A stretch of 64,000 bases of DNA, taken from an uncultured bacterium (GTDB lineage: Bacteria; Krumholzibacteriota; Krumholzibacteriia; JACNKJ01). The translations under genes were made by a program, and so were the position numbers. Under the pieces are notes generated by a model. The model worked only from the letters and a program-made list of their open reading frames with translations, was not told the DNA's origin and made no database searches. Location: assembly GCA_963695095.1 (NCBI GenBank), contig CAVOFT010000001.1, positions 2,656,001 through 2,720,000 on the forward strand. Reading direction: 5' to 3'. Of this stretch, positions 22,285 through 33,445 are shown one piece after another (positions within the stretch are counted from its first letter, which is position 1; each line of letters opens with the position of its first letter).

Positions 22285-22875
22285 TCAGACGAGCCCGGCA
22301 AAGCCCATGAATGCCAGCGAGAGGATGCCGGCCGTGATGAGCGCGATGGCGGTGCCCTTGAAGGCCCGCGGGGTGTCGGCCAGATCCAGCACCTCGCGGA
22401 TCCCCGAAAAGAGAAGAATGGCCAGGCCGAAGCCGACGGCGCCGGCGAAGCCGAAGAGGGCGGTCTGGAGCAGGTTGTGCTCGTTCTGGATGTTCAGCAC
22501 CGCGACGCCCAGCACCGCGCAGTTGGTGGTGATCAGCGGCAGGAAGATGCCCAGGGACCGGTAGAGCGGCGGGCTCAGCTTCTGCAGCGCGAGCTCCACC
22601 AGCTGGACCATGGCGGCGATGATGAGGATGAAGGCGAGGATCTGCAGGAAGCGCAGGTCCTGCGGCACCAGGGTGGCGCCCGGCTTCAGCACGCCGTGAT
22701 AGACGAGCCAGCTCACCACGCTGGCCAGGGTCATCACGAAGATGACGGCGCCGGTCATGCCCAGCGCCGTGCCGAGCTTCTTGGAGACGCCCAGGAACGG
22801 GCAGATGCCGAGGAAGCGGCTGAGGACGAAGTTGTTGACCAAGACGGCGCTGATCGCCAGGAGCAGCAGGTCCAC
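22285..22875 (-). CDS. rnfA: Rnf complex subunit A
   Basis: [18 protein letters not shown] and [16 protein letters not shown]. Confidence 0.97.
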   Translation of the reverse strand: MDLLLLAISAVLVNNFVLSRFLGICPFLGVSKKLGTALGMTGAVIFVMTLASVVSWLVYHGVLKPGATLVPQDLRFLQILAFILIIAAMVQLVELALQKLSPPLYRSLGIFLPLITTNCAVLGVAVLNIQNEHNLLQTALFGFAGAVGFGLAILLFSGIREVLDLADTPRAFKGTAIALITAGILSLAFMGFAGLV

Positions 22876-23003
22876 GGCAGCCTCCTCGGGGCCTAACCCC
22901 GCTGATGCGGCATAATTAAGACCAGCGACCCGCCTCGCTCAAGGGACTTGTGAAAAATGGTACATGTCGCAAGCTATCGTCGATGGCGGCGGCCGGGGCG
23001 CCT

Positions 23004-23525
23004 TCAGGCCCGGCCGCGGACGCCATCGCCCAGCTCCTGCTCGCGCTCCAGGGCCGGCCGCTTGTACTGCTCGTAGTCGCTGAGCAGCTTGGCCTTGTCG
23101 AAAACCAGCTCCTCGCGGCTGTGGCTGGCCACCTCGTAGAGGTCGCTCATCACGATGGCCTCCTTGGGGCAGGCCTCCTCGCAGTAGCCGCAGTTGATGC
23201 AGCGGCCCATGTCGATGTCGAACTCCTCGGGCACCCGCTCGCGCATCTCCTGATCGCGAAATTCGCCGATCTTGATGGTGATCGCCCGCGGTGGGCAGAC
23301 GACTTCGCAGAGCTTGCAGGCCACGCACTTCTCGATGCCGTCGGCGCCCATCACGAGGCGCGGCATGCCGCGGAAGCCCGGCGGCGTCGGCCAGCGCTGC
23401 TCGGGGTAGGCCTGCACCACCGAGCGGTGGAACATGTTGCGGAAGGTGATGCCCAGCCCCCCCACGATCGCAGGCAGGTAGAGCCGCTCGAACCAGCCTT
23501 GCTTGATCTGGCGCTTAACCTTCAT
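23004..23525 (-). CDS. nuoI: NADH-quinone oxidoreductase subunit I-like 2x[4Fe-4S] protein
   Basis: YPEQ...FRG, CVACKLCEVVCP and FDIDMGRCINCGYCEEACPKEAI. Confidence 0.92.
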   Translation of the reverse strand: MKVKRQIKQGWFERLYLPAIVGGLGITFRNMFHRSVVQAYPEQRWPTPPGFRGMPRLVMGADGIEKCVACKLCEVVCPPRAITIKIGEFRDQEMRERVPEEFDIDMGRCINCGYCEEACPKEAIVMSDLYEVASHSREELVFDKAKLLSDYEQYKRPALEREQELGDGVRGRA

Positions 23526-25359
23526 GCCGACCTGCGACCTCCAGGCTGCTCGCCGCGGCCGCGGCGAGCAGGGGCGCGAACCAATCCGTGTCCAGCGGCC
23601 GGCGCCCGGCCACCGGGGTCCAGCTCTGCAGCCGTCGCGCGAGACCCCAGCTGTTCGTGAGCGTGCCGACCAGGTCGATGGGCGCCCGCCGGGCGAGCAC
23701 CACCGCTGCCGTGGCGCGCGCCGCGGCCAGGCCGCCGCTCTGCACGATGAGGGCGCCGCCGGCCAGGTCCAGGGCTTGCTCCCAGCGGGCGGGATCCGCG
23801 AAATCCGCAGCCGGATCGAGGCCGAAGGCATAGACGAGGTCCGCTTCGCCGCCCTCGAGTAGCCCGAGCGGATCCGGCCCCGGAGCCGTGGCCGCGGCCG
23901 CCAGCAGGCCGCGGCGATTCATCCCCTCGAGCAGCCAGAGCAGGCGGGTTTCGCCCCCGCGCGCCGCCAGCGTCGCCAGGAAGCGTGCGTCGATGGCCCC
24001 GCTGGTCACCAGCCGATTGCTGAGGGCCACCAGCAGTCCGCCGGGCTCGGCGAGGAACTGCGCGCCTTCGCCGGCCAGCCAGGTGGCCGGCGACGCGCTG
24101 ATGCGCTGCCACCGGTGATTGCCTTCGCCGAGCGGAGCCCAGGCGCCTTCCTGGACGAGGGTGACCGCGCCGGCCGTCTCGCCGGCCGCCCCGCCGAGCA
24201 GGCGCAAGGCCAGCAGCGGATGGGCCAGCTCCGGATCCTCCCCCAGCACGAGCACGCGCTGGAAGCGGCCGAGGCCGGCGAGCGTGTCGAGTTCCAGGCC
24301 CGAGCGCGTCAGGGCGGCGAGAAAATCCAGCTCGGCGGCGAGGGCCGGATAGGGGCGGGCCGCGGTGCCCAGGGCCAGCGCGAGGGCGCCCAGGGCCGCC
24401 AGTTCCTCATCGGTGGCGCGACTGCCGACGACCAGCAGCGGCTGCTTCGCGGCGGCAAGCAGCTCCCGCGCCCGCGCGGCGGCCTCCTCGGTATCGACGG
24501 GCACCTGCACGCCCTGCCGGCGCACGAGGCTCTCGGCCAGGCCGGCCTCCAGGGGATAGTCGAAGCGGCCGCGATCGCAGAGCCACCAGGCGTTGACCTC
24601 GTGGTCGACATCCGCCGTCACCCGCTGCAGCGCGGGGCCTTTCCACCAGCTCGTGAGCGAGCAGCCGAGCGAGCAGCCGCCGCAGCTGCTGGCCACGGCG
24701 CGCATTTCCCAGGGTCGCGCCTGGAAGCGGAATTCCCGCGTCGTCAGGGCGCCGACCGGGCAGATGTCGGCGAGGTTGCCGGTGAAGCCGCTGGTCAGCG
24801 GCTGGCCCTCGAAGATGTCCACGCTGACGTGGTCGCCGCGCAGGCGCAGGAAGAGCTCCTCGCGGCCCACGATGTCGCGCTGGTAGCGCACGCAGCGGCT
24901 GCAGAGGATGCAGCGCTCGGCGTCGAAGATGATGTGCTCGCCGATCACGCGGTGCTTGACAGCGGTGTTCTTGGCGTCCGCCATGCGACTGTGGCCGGGT
25001 CCGTGCCGGCGCGTGGTCTCCTGCAGGGGGCACTCGCCGCCCTTGTCGCAGATCGGGCAGTCCAGGGGATGGTTGATGAGGATGAACTCGAGCACGCCCT
25101 GCCGAGCCTTGTGCACCTTCTCCGAGTTCGTCGTGATCTCCATCCCGGCGGCGGCGCTCAGCGTGCAGCCGGGCACGAGCTTGGGCGCGCCTTTCATTTC
25201 CACCAGGCACATGCGGCAATTGCCGTCCACGCCGATGCCGGGGTGATAGCAGAAGTGCGGGATCTCGTCGCCCAGCTCGGTGGAGAGCTCGATGAGCGGC
25301 TTGCCGGCCTCGGTCTCGATCTCGCGGCCGTTGTAGATCATCGTCACCTTGTCGGGCAT
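23515..25359 (-). CDS. nuoG: NuoG-like Fe-S subunit (614 aa, degenerate C-terminal part)
   Basis: IPHFCYHP, GNCRMCLVE, NHPLDCPICDKGGECPLQ, RCILCSRC, DICPVGAL and CGGCSLGC...WLCDRGR. Confidence 0.9.
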   Translation of the reverse strand: MPDKVTMIYNGREIETEAGKPLIELSTELGDEIPHFCYHPGIGVDGNCRMCLVEMKGAPKLVPGCTLSAAAGMEITTNSEKVHKARQGVLEFILINHPLDCPICDKGGECPLQETTRRHGPGHSRMADAKNTAVKHRVIGEHIIFDAERCILCSRCVRYQRDIVGREELFLRLRGDHVSVDIFEGQPLTSGFTGNLADICPVGALTTREFRFQARPWEMRAVASSCGGCSLGCSLTSWWKGPALQRVTADVDHEVNAWWLCDRGRFDYPLEAGLAESLVRRQGVQVPVDTEEAAARARELLAAAKQPLLVVGSRATDEELAALGALALALGTAARPYPALAAELDFLAALTRSGLELDTLAGLGRFQRVLVLGEDPELAHPLLALRLLGGAAGETAGAVTLVQEGAWAPLGEGNHRWQRISASPATWLAGEGAQFLAEPGGLLVALSNRLVTSGAIDARFLATLAARGGETRLLWLLEGMNRRGLLAAAATAPGPDPLGLLEGGEADLVYAFGLDPAADFADPARWEQALDLAGGALIVQSGGLAAARATAAVVLARRAPIDLVGTLTNSWGLARRLQSWTPVAGRRPLDTDWFAPLLAAAAASSLEVAGRHEG

Positions 25360-27080
25360 CAGCGGTCACACTCCCCCATGACGGGATCCAGACTGGCGAT
25401 GATGGCCACGGCATCGGCGATCATCGCCCCCTCGAGCATCGTGCGCAGGATCTGCAGGTTGTTGAAGGACGGACTGCGAATCTTGCAGCGATAGGGGTGG
25501 GCACTGCCGTCGCTGACGAGGTAGAAGCCCAGCTCGCCCTTGGGCGCTTCGATCGCCGTGTAGACCTGGCCCAGCGGCGGCCGGATGCCCTCGGAGATGA
25601 GCTTGAAGTGGTGGATCAACTCCTCCATCGAGTCCAGAACCCGCTCCCGGGCGGGCAGCACGTAGTCGCGGTTGTCCGAACTCACCGGGCCGTCCGGCAG
25701 CTCGGCGATGGCCTGGCGCACGATCTTGGCGCTCTGGCGCATCTCCTCGATGCGGACGAGGTAGCGGTCCATGCAGTCGCCGCGCTCGCCGGTCACCGAC
25801 TCGAAGTCGAACAGCTCGTAGTCGAGATAGGGCGCCGCCTTGCGGATGTCGAAATCGACGCCCGCGGCGCGCAGGATGGGACCCGTGAGCCCGTAGCCGA
25901 TCGCCTGCTCGGCGCTGATGATGCCCACGTCCACGTTGCGGTCCAGCCAGATGCGGTTCTTGTTGAGCAGGCCCTCCACCTCGCCGAGGGTCTTCTCGCA
26001 CTCGTCGAGGAAGGCGAGCACCTTGTCCGTCCAGCCGGCGGGCAGGTCGCGGGCCACGCCGCCGATGCGCGTGTAGCTGGTGGTCAGGCGCGTGCCCGTG
26101 AGCTCCTCGAACAGGTTGTAGAGCAGTTCGCGCATCTGGAAGGTGTAGAAGAAGACCGTCCCCGCGCCGAGATCGAGGGCGTAGGTGCCCACCGAGAGCA
26201 GATGGGCGCTGATGCGCGCCAGCTCGGCGGCGATCACCCGGATGCGCTTGGCGCGCACGGGAATGTCCAGGCCGATCAGGTTCTCGACGGCGAGCGCGTA
26301 GGCCACGTTGTTGGACAGCGGGCTCATGTAGTCGAGGCGGTCCGTGTAGGGCAGGTAGTTGTGGTAGGTCTTCTCCTCGGCGATCTTCTCGTAGCCCCGG
26401 TGCAGGTAGCCCACGTGCGGCTGGCAGCGGACGATGATCTCGCCGTCCAGCTCCAGCACCAGGCGCAGGACCCCGTGCGTCGCCGGATGCTGGGGTCCCA
26501 TGTTGAGGATCATCGTGCCGTCGCGGCTGGGCTCCAGGCGGGTCTCGATGCCGGGCATGGGAATCTTGGGCGCATAGTGCTCGCGCGGCGCGTCCTTGAA
26601 GCTCTCGCGATCGACCACCCCACGCTGCATCTTGAGCAGGGCATCGAGCAGGGCATCCGGGCGCGGCGGGCAGCCGGGCAGGTAGACGTCCACCGGGATC
26701 ACCCGGTCCAGCCCCTGCACCACCGAGTAGCTGTCGAACATGCCGCCCGTGCACAGGCAGGTGCCCATGGCGATCACGTACTTGGGCTCGAGCATCTGGT
26801 CGTAGATGCGCCGCACCACGGGGGCCATCTTGTTGGTGAGCGTGCCGGCGACGATCATCAGGTCGCTCTGGCGGGGCGAGAAGCGCATCGCCTCGGCGCC
26901 GAAGCGGGCCATGTCGTAGCGGCTGGCCACGGTGGCCATCATCTCGATCGCGCAGCAGGAGATGCCCATCGGCATCGGCCAGAGCGAGTTCTTGCGCGCC
27001 CAGTTGCTCGCCTTGTCGACCGTCGTCGTGAGGACGTCGACGCCGAAACCCTGGGACTGCGGATCGGGCTTGCTGCTCAT
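25359..27080 (-). CDS. nuoBD: NuoB-NuoD fusion protein (no NuoC segment)
   Basis: NuoB part: SCCAIEM, SPRQSD, PGCPPRP. After a linker of about 30 aa comes the NuoD part: [36 protein letters not shown]. Confidence 0.92.
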   Translation of the reverse strand: MSSKPDPQSQGFGVDVLTTTVDKASNWARKNSLWPMPMGISCCAIEMMATVASRYDMARFGAEAMRFSPRQSDLMIVAGTLTNKMAPVVRRIYDQMLEPKYVIAMGTCLCTGGMFDSYSVVQGLDRVIPVDVYLPGCPPRPDALLDALLKMQRGVVDRESFKDAPREHYAPKIPMPGIETRLEPSRDGTMILNMGPQHPATHGVLRLVLELDGEIIVRCQPHVGYLHRGYEKIAEEKTYHNYLPYTDRLDYMSPLSNNVAYALAVENLIGLDIPVRAKRIRVIAAELARISAHLLSVGTYALDLGAGTVFFYTFQMRELLYNLFEELTGTRLTTSYTRIGGVARDLPAGWTDKVLAFLDECEKTLGEVEGLLNKNRIWLDRNVDVGIISAEQAIGYGLTGPILRAAGVDFDIRKAAPYLDYELFDFESVTGERGDCMDRYLVRIEEMRQSAKIVRQAIAELPDGPVSSDNRDYVLPARERVLDSMEELIHHFKLISEGIRPPLGQVYTAIEAPKGELGFYLVSDGSAHPYRCKIRSPSFNNLQILRTMLEGAMIADAVAIIASLDPVMGECDR

Positions 27081-27130
27081 CCTGCCTCCGCGCGTGGGAA
27101 ACCGTGGGTCTCCAAGATACTCAGCCCGGC

Positions 27131-27159
27131 AGCATAATTCCACGCGGGACTAGCGTCAA
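27131..27159 (-). promoter_or_regulatory. sigma70-type promoter of nuoBD-G-I
   Basis: TTGACG-N17-TATGCT about 50 nt upstream of the ATG at 27080. Confidence 0.7.
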
Positions 27160-27174
27160 TCAGACAGGCCGGTC

Positions 27175-28530
27175 TCAATCGGCCTCGGCGTCCGTGGACG
27201 CGCGCGGCAGCGGCCAGGTCAGGGCCAGCAGCGAATCGGGCAGGCTGTAAAGCGTGGGATAGTCCAGGCGGCGCAGGGCCCGGCGACCCTGGCGACCGGG
27301 GCCGATCTCGAAGCCCAGTTCGCTGCCGTCTCTGAAGTGCAGCGTGAAGCGCTGGGCCTCGCTCGCCAGCCCCCAGTCGGCGAGCTGATCGTCGCGCGGC
27401 AGCAAGGCCTCCACGCGTTCGGTGGACAGCCGCAAGAGGCTGCCCAGGAAGGCGGCGACGGCCGGTCCGTCGAGCGCGCCGCCCGCGTCGCTCTTCCAGC
27501 GCCAGTCGTCGCCGGGCTCGCGCAGGGCCCGCTGGCCCGCGGGGCCAGCGATCGTCTCCACCTGGCCGGGCATGAAAACGAGCAGCACCGGCGAGAGGAA
27601 AGCGCTGAAGGACTCGAGCAGAGGAGCGCAGGTCACCGAGTCGAGCAGGAAGGCGTGCTGGCGATCGCGATTGCGGGCGTAGCTGAGCTCGAAATGCGGC
27701 CGGCCCAGCTCGAGCAGTCCGCCCTGTTTGCCGCCCCGCAGCAGGACCGTGAGCCGGGATCTCGGCGCAGCGAAGCCGAGCCCGGTGTCGGCGTCCTCCT
27801 CGACGCCGGCGAAGCCGATGATGCTCTCGCCCCAGAGCCGCTCGATCAACCGGCCCACGGCGAGGTAGTCGGCCGGATAGGCCTCGGGTCGCTGGATCTC
27901 CCAGCCTCGCTCCCCTCGCGCCAGCACGAAGCGCCCGCGCGCGTTTTCGAATTCGAGTCGCTCCACCTCGTCCAGCGGGATGCCGCCCAGCGGCCGCTTG
28001 TCGGCCAGCTCGTAGCGGCCCTTGAGCGCATGCGTGCGCAGCAGGCTGGAGACGAGGGCCAGCGAGTCGCGCCAGCTCACCGCCACCCAGAGCCGTTTCT
28101 CGACAGGATTGAGATCGCCGAAGCGCAGCGTGTCGACGGTGCCGCCCCGCCCCAGGCGCAGGGTCAGGCGCGGGGAGACGAGGCCGAAGGCCGCCAGCTC
28201 CGCCGGCGTCGCCGGCGGCAACCAGCGCTCCACCTTCTGGCCGGCGAGCGTGGCCAGCAGGCGCTCGATCACCACGCTGTCGCCGGCATCCGTCACGGGT
28301 GCCGTGAGCCGCCAGGGCGCCGCCGCGTCCGCGCGCTCCACGCGCAGCGTCTTCTCGGGATAGGCCAGCTCGAACCAGCGCAACTCGTCGACGGCGCGCG
28401 GGTAGAGGTAGCCCGCGGCGAGACGCTGGGCGACGAGGGCCTCGTCGCCGCGATCGCGAAGCAGGACGAGCAGGGCAGCCAGCAGCACGAGGGCCAGCGC
28501 GGCCAGGGTGAGTCGCCACCTGAGGATCAC
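27175..28530 (-). CDS. DUF4340-like membrane-anchored protein
   Basis: N-terminal TM segment and repeated W-x-L-x-x-P / FGL units; GTGA overlap; typical position after GldG-like genes. Confidence 0.75.
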   Translation of the reverse strand: MILRWRLTLAALALVLLAALLVLLRDRGDEALVAQRLAAGYLYPRAVDELRWFELAYPEKTLRVERADAAAPWRLTAPVTDAGDSVVIERLLATLAGQKVERWLPPATPAELAAFGLVSPRLTLRLGRGGTVDTLRFGDLNPVEKRLWVAVSWRDSLALVSSLLRTHALKGRYELADKRPLGGIPLDEVERLEFENARGRFVLARGERGWEIQRPEAYPADYLAVGRLIERLWGESIIGFAGVEEDADTGLGFAAPRSRLTVLLRGGKQGGLLELGRPHFELSYARNRDRQHAFLLDSVTCAPLLESFSAFLSPVLLVFMPGQVETIAGPAGQRALREPGDDWRWKSDAGGALDGPAVAAFLGSLLRLSTERVEALLPRDDQLADWGLASEAQRFTLHFRDGSELGFEIGPGRQGRRALRRLDYPTLYSLPDSLLALTWPLPRASTDAEAD

Positions 28531-29951
28531 GGCTGTCCTCCTTCGCCGAGGCCGCGACGGCGGGACCACCAGAGCCGCAGCGGCCAGGCCGAGAGCACGA
28601 TCAAGGGCAGGGCGACCAGGGACAGCAGCAGGTAAAGCCGCCGCCCCGACGGCGTGATCGGCAGCAAGCGCGCCGGCGGCAGCGCGGCACCGGGGGCCAC
28701 GCGCTCCTGCGCCAGCCAGCCCAATCCCCCCAGCAGCAGGCGGCCGTTGCCATACCAATCCAGGTGCGCGGCGCTGATGAAGTGGCTGTCGCCCACCACG
28801 AGCAGCGGCCCGCCGCCCTGGGCGCTGCTGTCCGAGGCGGCCGCCAGCACGAAGGGCCCGCGGCGATCGGTCGCCTCGTCGAGGTGGGCGCTGCCGTCGA
28901 AGGGCCCGCGCTCCTCGAAGCTGCGCTCGCCGCTGATGAGCAGGGGGCCGGGCGCGCCGGGCCCCTCACCGCTGAGGTCGAGGGCTCGAGCGAGAGGAAA
29001 GCAGGACGGCTCGGGCCGGGTGAGGAAGCCGCGCGTGGCGGGGTGCGCGGCATAGCGCGTGGCCACCGGAATCTCGAAGCCGCGATCCAGGGCGATGTTC
29101 TCCTCGCTGAAGTCGACGATGAAGCCCTCGCCCAGCGCGATGCCGCGCGTGGCGAGCAGCGGACCCAGGCCCGCGTCGCGCGAGGAGTCGGCCATCTCGG
29201 CCGCGGGATCGATGAGCAGGCAGAGCGCGCCGCCCGCGGCGAGGTAGCGCTCGAGGGCGGCGAGCACGCTGGCCGGCAGGCGCTGGTGCGGACCGGGAAC
29301 AAGCAGCACCCCGGCGCCGGGTGCGGGCGCGGGCTCGCTGAGCGCCCACCAGGGAAGCACCTGCCAGCCCTCGGCGCCGAGCAGGGTCGCCAGGGCGCTC
29401 AGGCTCTCGGGCCCGGCATCCTGGCCGGCCAGGCCCAGAGGCCGCAGCCCCGGCGCCTGGGCGACGGCAAGGCGCCGTCCCCCCTCCTCGCCGCGGCCCA
29501 GGGCGATGAAGGCGCGCGCCAGAGCGCGCTCGTCGAGGGAGTAGTCGCCGGTCGCGCTGCGCTCGGCCAGCAGGCGCTCGCTGGCGCCATCCAGCTCGAT
29601 GAGCAGTTCGCCGGGCTCCTGGACGCCGGCCGCCATGGCGCGCGCCGGCTCGCGCCCGGGGTCGATGAAGCGCCAGCTCAGATCCGGCCGCAGCGCCTGG
29701 CAGGCCCCCAGCAGCGCGGCGGCGCGGCTGCGCTCCGGCTCCCGGTCGGGGAGAAAGAGCGTGATGCGCGGCGCGCCCGGGAGCGCCGCCAGGCTCTCGG
29801 CCGTGCGCGCCTCGAGGCTGTGGCGCGAGCCCGCGCTCAGATCCAGCCGCCAGCGCTGCCGGCCGCCGAGAGTGAGCAGCAGCGCGGCGGCCAGCAGCAG
29901 GGTCAAGCTGCGCACCCAGATCTGGGCGCGCGCGCTCGCGGCGGTGCTCAT
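28527..29951 (-). CDS. GldG-like ABC transporter auxiliary component
   Basis: RLDLSAGSRHSL, FIDP, YLAAGGALCLLIDP, LVVGDSHF and a C-terminal TM segment. Confidence 0.8.
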   Translation of the reverse strand: MSTAASARAQIWVRSLTLLLAAALLLTLGGRQRWRLDLSAGSRHSLEARTAESLAALPGAPRITLFLPDREPERSRAAALLGACQALRPDLSWRFIDPGREPARAMAAGVQEPGELLIELDGASERLLAERSATGDYSLDERALARAFIALGRGEEGGRRLAVAQAPGLRPLGLAGQDAGPESLSALATLLGAEGWQVLPWWALSEPAPAPGAGVLLVPGPHQRLPASVLAALERYLAAGGALCLLIDPAAEMADSSRDAGLGPLLATRGIALGEGFIVDFSEENIALDRGFEIPVATRYAAHPATRGFLTRPEPSCFPLARALDLSGEGPGAPGPLLISGERSFEERGPFDGSAHLDEATDRRGPFVLAAASDSSAQGGGPLLVVGDSHFISAAHLDWYGNGRLLLGGLGWLAQERVAPGAALPPARLLPITPSGRRLYLLLSLVALPLIVLSAWPLRLWWSRRRGLGEGGQP

Positions 29952-30732
29952 CGGCCGCCTCCCCGCAGGGCCTGCAGACGGCGGCGCGCGAGCTCCAGCC
30001 CCAGCGCCGTGAGGACGAGGAAGTAGAGCAGGTCCGCCGTGTCGAGCAGCCCCGCGAGCAGGGGTGCCAGATGGCCGAGCGCGGACAGGCTGACCAGCGC
30101 GCCGCCTGGAAAGCCCGTCGCGCCGGGACGCGCGAAGCCGCCCAGGATCCACAGCAGGATCAGCAGCGCAAAGCCGCCGATCGCAGCCAGCAGCGGACTG
30201 CGCGTCAGACTGCTCACGAAGAGCGACAGGGCGAGGAAGGCCGCCGCGAGCAGCCCGATGCCGGCCAGCCCCAGCAGGAAACTCGGCCAGTGCAGGCTGC
30301 CGTAGCCGGTCAGGACGAGCTTGGGCAGGCAGGCCAAGACGAGCAGGGCCAGGAAGTAGAGCCAGGCGGCCAGCCACTTGCCCAGGACGAGCCGGCCCTC
30401 GCCCACGGGACTCGTCATCAAGAGCTCGAGGGTGCCGCTCTTGCGCTCCTCGGCGATGAGGTTCATCGCGAGCAGGGGCAGGAGCAGCAGGCTGAGCAGG
30501 GCGAGGGCGCCGAGATCCTGGCGCAGCAGGCTCTCGTTGAAGTCGAGGAAGGCGGGCGCCAGTCCCTGGCTGCGCATGCGCAGGCCGATCTCGGCGTTCG
30601 CCCGCAGGTAGCCCTGGAGATTGAGGATGCTGAGCGCGCCCGCGAGCAGCAGGAAGACCCCGCCCAGGAGCCCGGCCAAGGGCGAGTTGAACAGGGCGCG
30701 CCACTCCCGGCGCAAGATTGCCGCCAGCACTC

Positions 30733-30736
<4 letters not shown>
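29948..30736 (-). CDS. ABC-2 type permease (GldF-like)
   Basis: RREWRALFNSP, AEERKSGTLELLMTSP and VLGKW. Confidence 0.9.
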
Positions 30737-31662
<926 letters not shown>

Positions 31663-31668
31663 CCCTGC

Positions 31669-31697
31669 GAGTTAGTCCTTCGCGGCCGGCCTGTCAA
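31669..31697 (-). promoter_or_regulatory. sigma70-type promoter, probably giving a leaderless mRNA
   Basis: TTGACA-N17-TAACTC, then 6 nt, then ATG (31662). Confidence 0.55.
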
Positions 31698-33112
31698 CCG
31701 CGATCGCCGGCCGGCTCCCCGGCGCCGGCCAGCCCCGCCGCCGCGAGCAGAGCGGCCAGGCCCGCCGGGCTGCTCTCGGCAGTGGCCAGCCGGCGGGCGA
31801 AGGGCAGGGTCCAGCCCCAGACGCCGTTGCACAGCAGGGCCGGGGCCGCGCCGCGGGCGGCGCGCTGGGCCAGCTCGGCCTGCCGCGCGGGCGCGGGCGG
31901 CGTCCGCCCGAGATAGAGGTAGACCGGCGCGGTCGACGCCTCGTCCGCGCCCAGCCGCCGCGGAGCCGTGCCCATCGCGCGAGCATGGGCTCCCAGGTAG
32001 GCTTCCGCGGGCCAGGAGCCCAGGGGACCGAGCTCGAGATCGACGGGCGTGCCCGCCGCAAGCGGCCGCCAGTCGCCGCCGCCGGGCACGAAGACCGCCG
32101 CGCCGGCGATGTCCTCGAGATCCGGCGCCGGCCGCGGCGGCGTGCCGGCGCTCGGCAGCGCGGCGCGGAAGGCGAGCCAGCGCTCGCCGGCCTCGTCCAG
32201 CCAGGCCTGCCGCAACTCGCCGCGCTCCAGCGCGGCCGCCATGGCGTCCAGCAGGAACTCGGCGCCCGGCTCCCAGCGCGCCAGCGTGAGCAGGTGACAG
32301 CCCGCGGCGAGGGCGGCGGCGCCGCGATCCGCGGCCGGGATCACGGCGGCCCCGGCCATCTCGAGGGCGTCGGTGATGACGAGCCCGGCAAAGCCCAGCT
32401 CCCCGCGCAGACGATCGCGCATGAGATCGGGGCGGAAGGTGGCCGGCCGGGCGTCCGCATCCCCGGCGAGCTGCAGGTGCGCGCTCATGAGGGCGGGCGC
32501 CGCGGCCCCGGCGCGGAAGGGAATCAGGGCCTGCCCGCGGTCCGCCGGCACGGCAGGCAGGCTGAGGTGGCTATCCTCCAGGCTGTCGCCGTGGCCGGGG
32601 TAGTGCTTGATGACGGCCAGCACGCCGCCCGCCGCCAGGCCGGCGAGGGCGGCGGCCACCGCTGCAGCGGCCGCCGCGGAATCGCCGCCGAAGCTGCGCG
32701 TGCCGATCACGGGATTGCGGGCGCCGTCGTCGAGGTCGGCCAGGGGAGTGATCAGGACCTCGATGCCCTGCGCGCGGGCGGCCGCCGCCATCGCCTGGTG
32801 GCAACCCTGCAGAGCGGGCAGACCGGCCATCGCCTGGGCGCGGGGCGCCGGCCAGGGCAGGGCATGCAGCTGCTGGATCCAGCCGCCTTCTTCATCGAGA
32901 AAGACCAGCAGCTCGCGTCCGGCCGCCTCCTCGAGGCGACGGCGCAGCGGAGTCAGCGAGGCGGCGCCTGCGGGCAGGTTGTCGCGGAACAGGATGACGG
33001 CCGGCGGCGCGTGGCGCTCGAGCAGGCGGAGGAAGTCCGCAGGCAGTTCGGGGCCGCGCCAGCCGAGCAGCCAGTGGGCCCCGATCCGGCGGTGCGCGGC
33101 CGGCGCGATCAC
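31694..33112 (-). CDS. nagZ: GH3 beta-N-acetylhexosaminidase (NagZ-like)
   Basis: ILFRDN, DEEGG, the KHYPGHGDSLEDSH NagZ signature and ITDALEM; GTGA overlap. Confidence 0.85.
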   Translation of the reverse strand: MIAPAAHRRIGAHWLLGWRGPELPADFLRLLERHAPPAVILFRDNLPAGAASLTPLRRRLEEAAGRELLVFLDEEGGWIQQLHALPWPAPRAQAMAGLPALQGCHQAMAAAARAQGIEVLITPLADLDDGARNPVIGTRSFGGDSAAAAAAVAAALAGLAAGGVLAVIKHYPGHGDSLEDSHLSLPAVPADRGQALIPFRAGAAAPALMSAHLQLAGDADARPATFRPDLMRDRLRGELGFAGLVITDALEMAGAAVIPAADRGAAALAAGCHLLTLARWEPGAEFLLDAMAAALERGELRQAWLDEAGERWLAFRAALPSAGTPPRPAPDLEDIAGAAVFVPGGGDWRPLAAGTPVDLELGPLGSWPAEAYLGAHARAMGTAPRRLGADEASTAPVYLYLGRTPPAPARQAELAQRAARGAAPALLCNGVWGWTLPFARRLATAESSPAGLAALLAAAGLAGAGEPAGDRG

Positions 33113-33432
33113 GCCAGCGGCTCCACGCGCACGGCCGTGCCGTAGGCGAGCAGCTCGGAGGCGCCGGGCATGATCTCCGCAGTGACGAAGCGCAGGCCGA
33201 GGACGGCGTTGGCGCCCAGTTCCTCCGCCTCGCCGCTCAAGCGATCCAGGGCCTGCTCCCGGCATTCGGCCATCATCTTCGTGTACTCGAAGACCTCGCC
33301 GCCCACCAGGTTCTTCAACTGGGCCATGACGTCGTGGCCGAGGTGGCGCGTGCGCACGGTGTTGCCGCGCACGAGGCCCAGCACCTCGACGATGCGCTGT
33401 CCGGCCAGCGCTTCCGTTGTGGCCAGAATCAT
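33109..33432 (-). CDS. YbjQ/UPF0145 family protein
   Basis: LGLVRGNTVR, KNLVGGE and GANAV...AYGTAV. Confidence 0.93.
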   Translation of the reverse strand: MILATTEALAGQRIVEVLGLVRGNTVRTRHLGHDVMAQLKNLVGGEVFEYTKMMAECREQALDRLSGEAEELGANAVLGLRFVTAEIMPGASELLAYGTAVRVEPLA

Positions 33433-33445
33433 GGCGACCTCCGGT

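Noticed and set aside
25359..26513. Group 4 [NiFe]-hydrogenase large subunit
   Set aside because: No N- or C-terminal CxxC nickel motifs; it has the NuoD quinone-site residues (HPATHG, RLDY) and a GECDR end.
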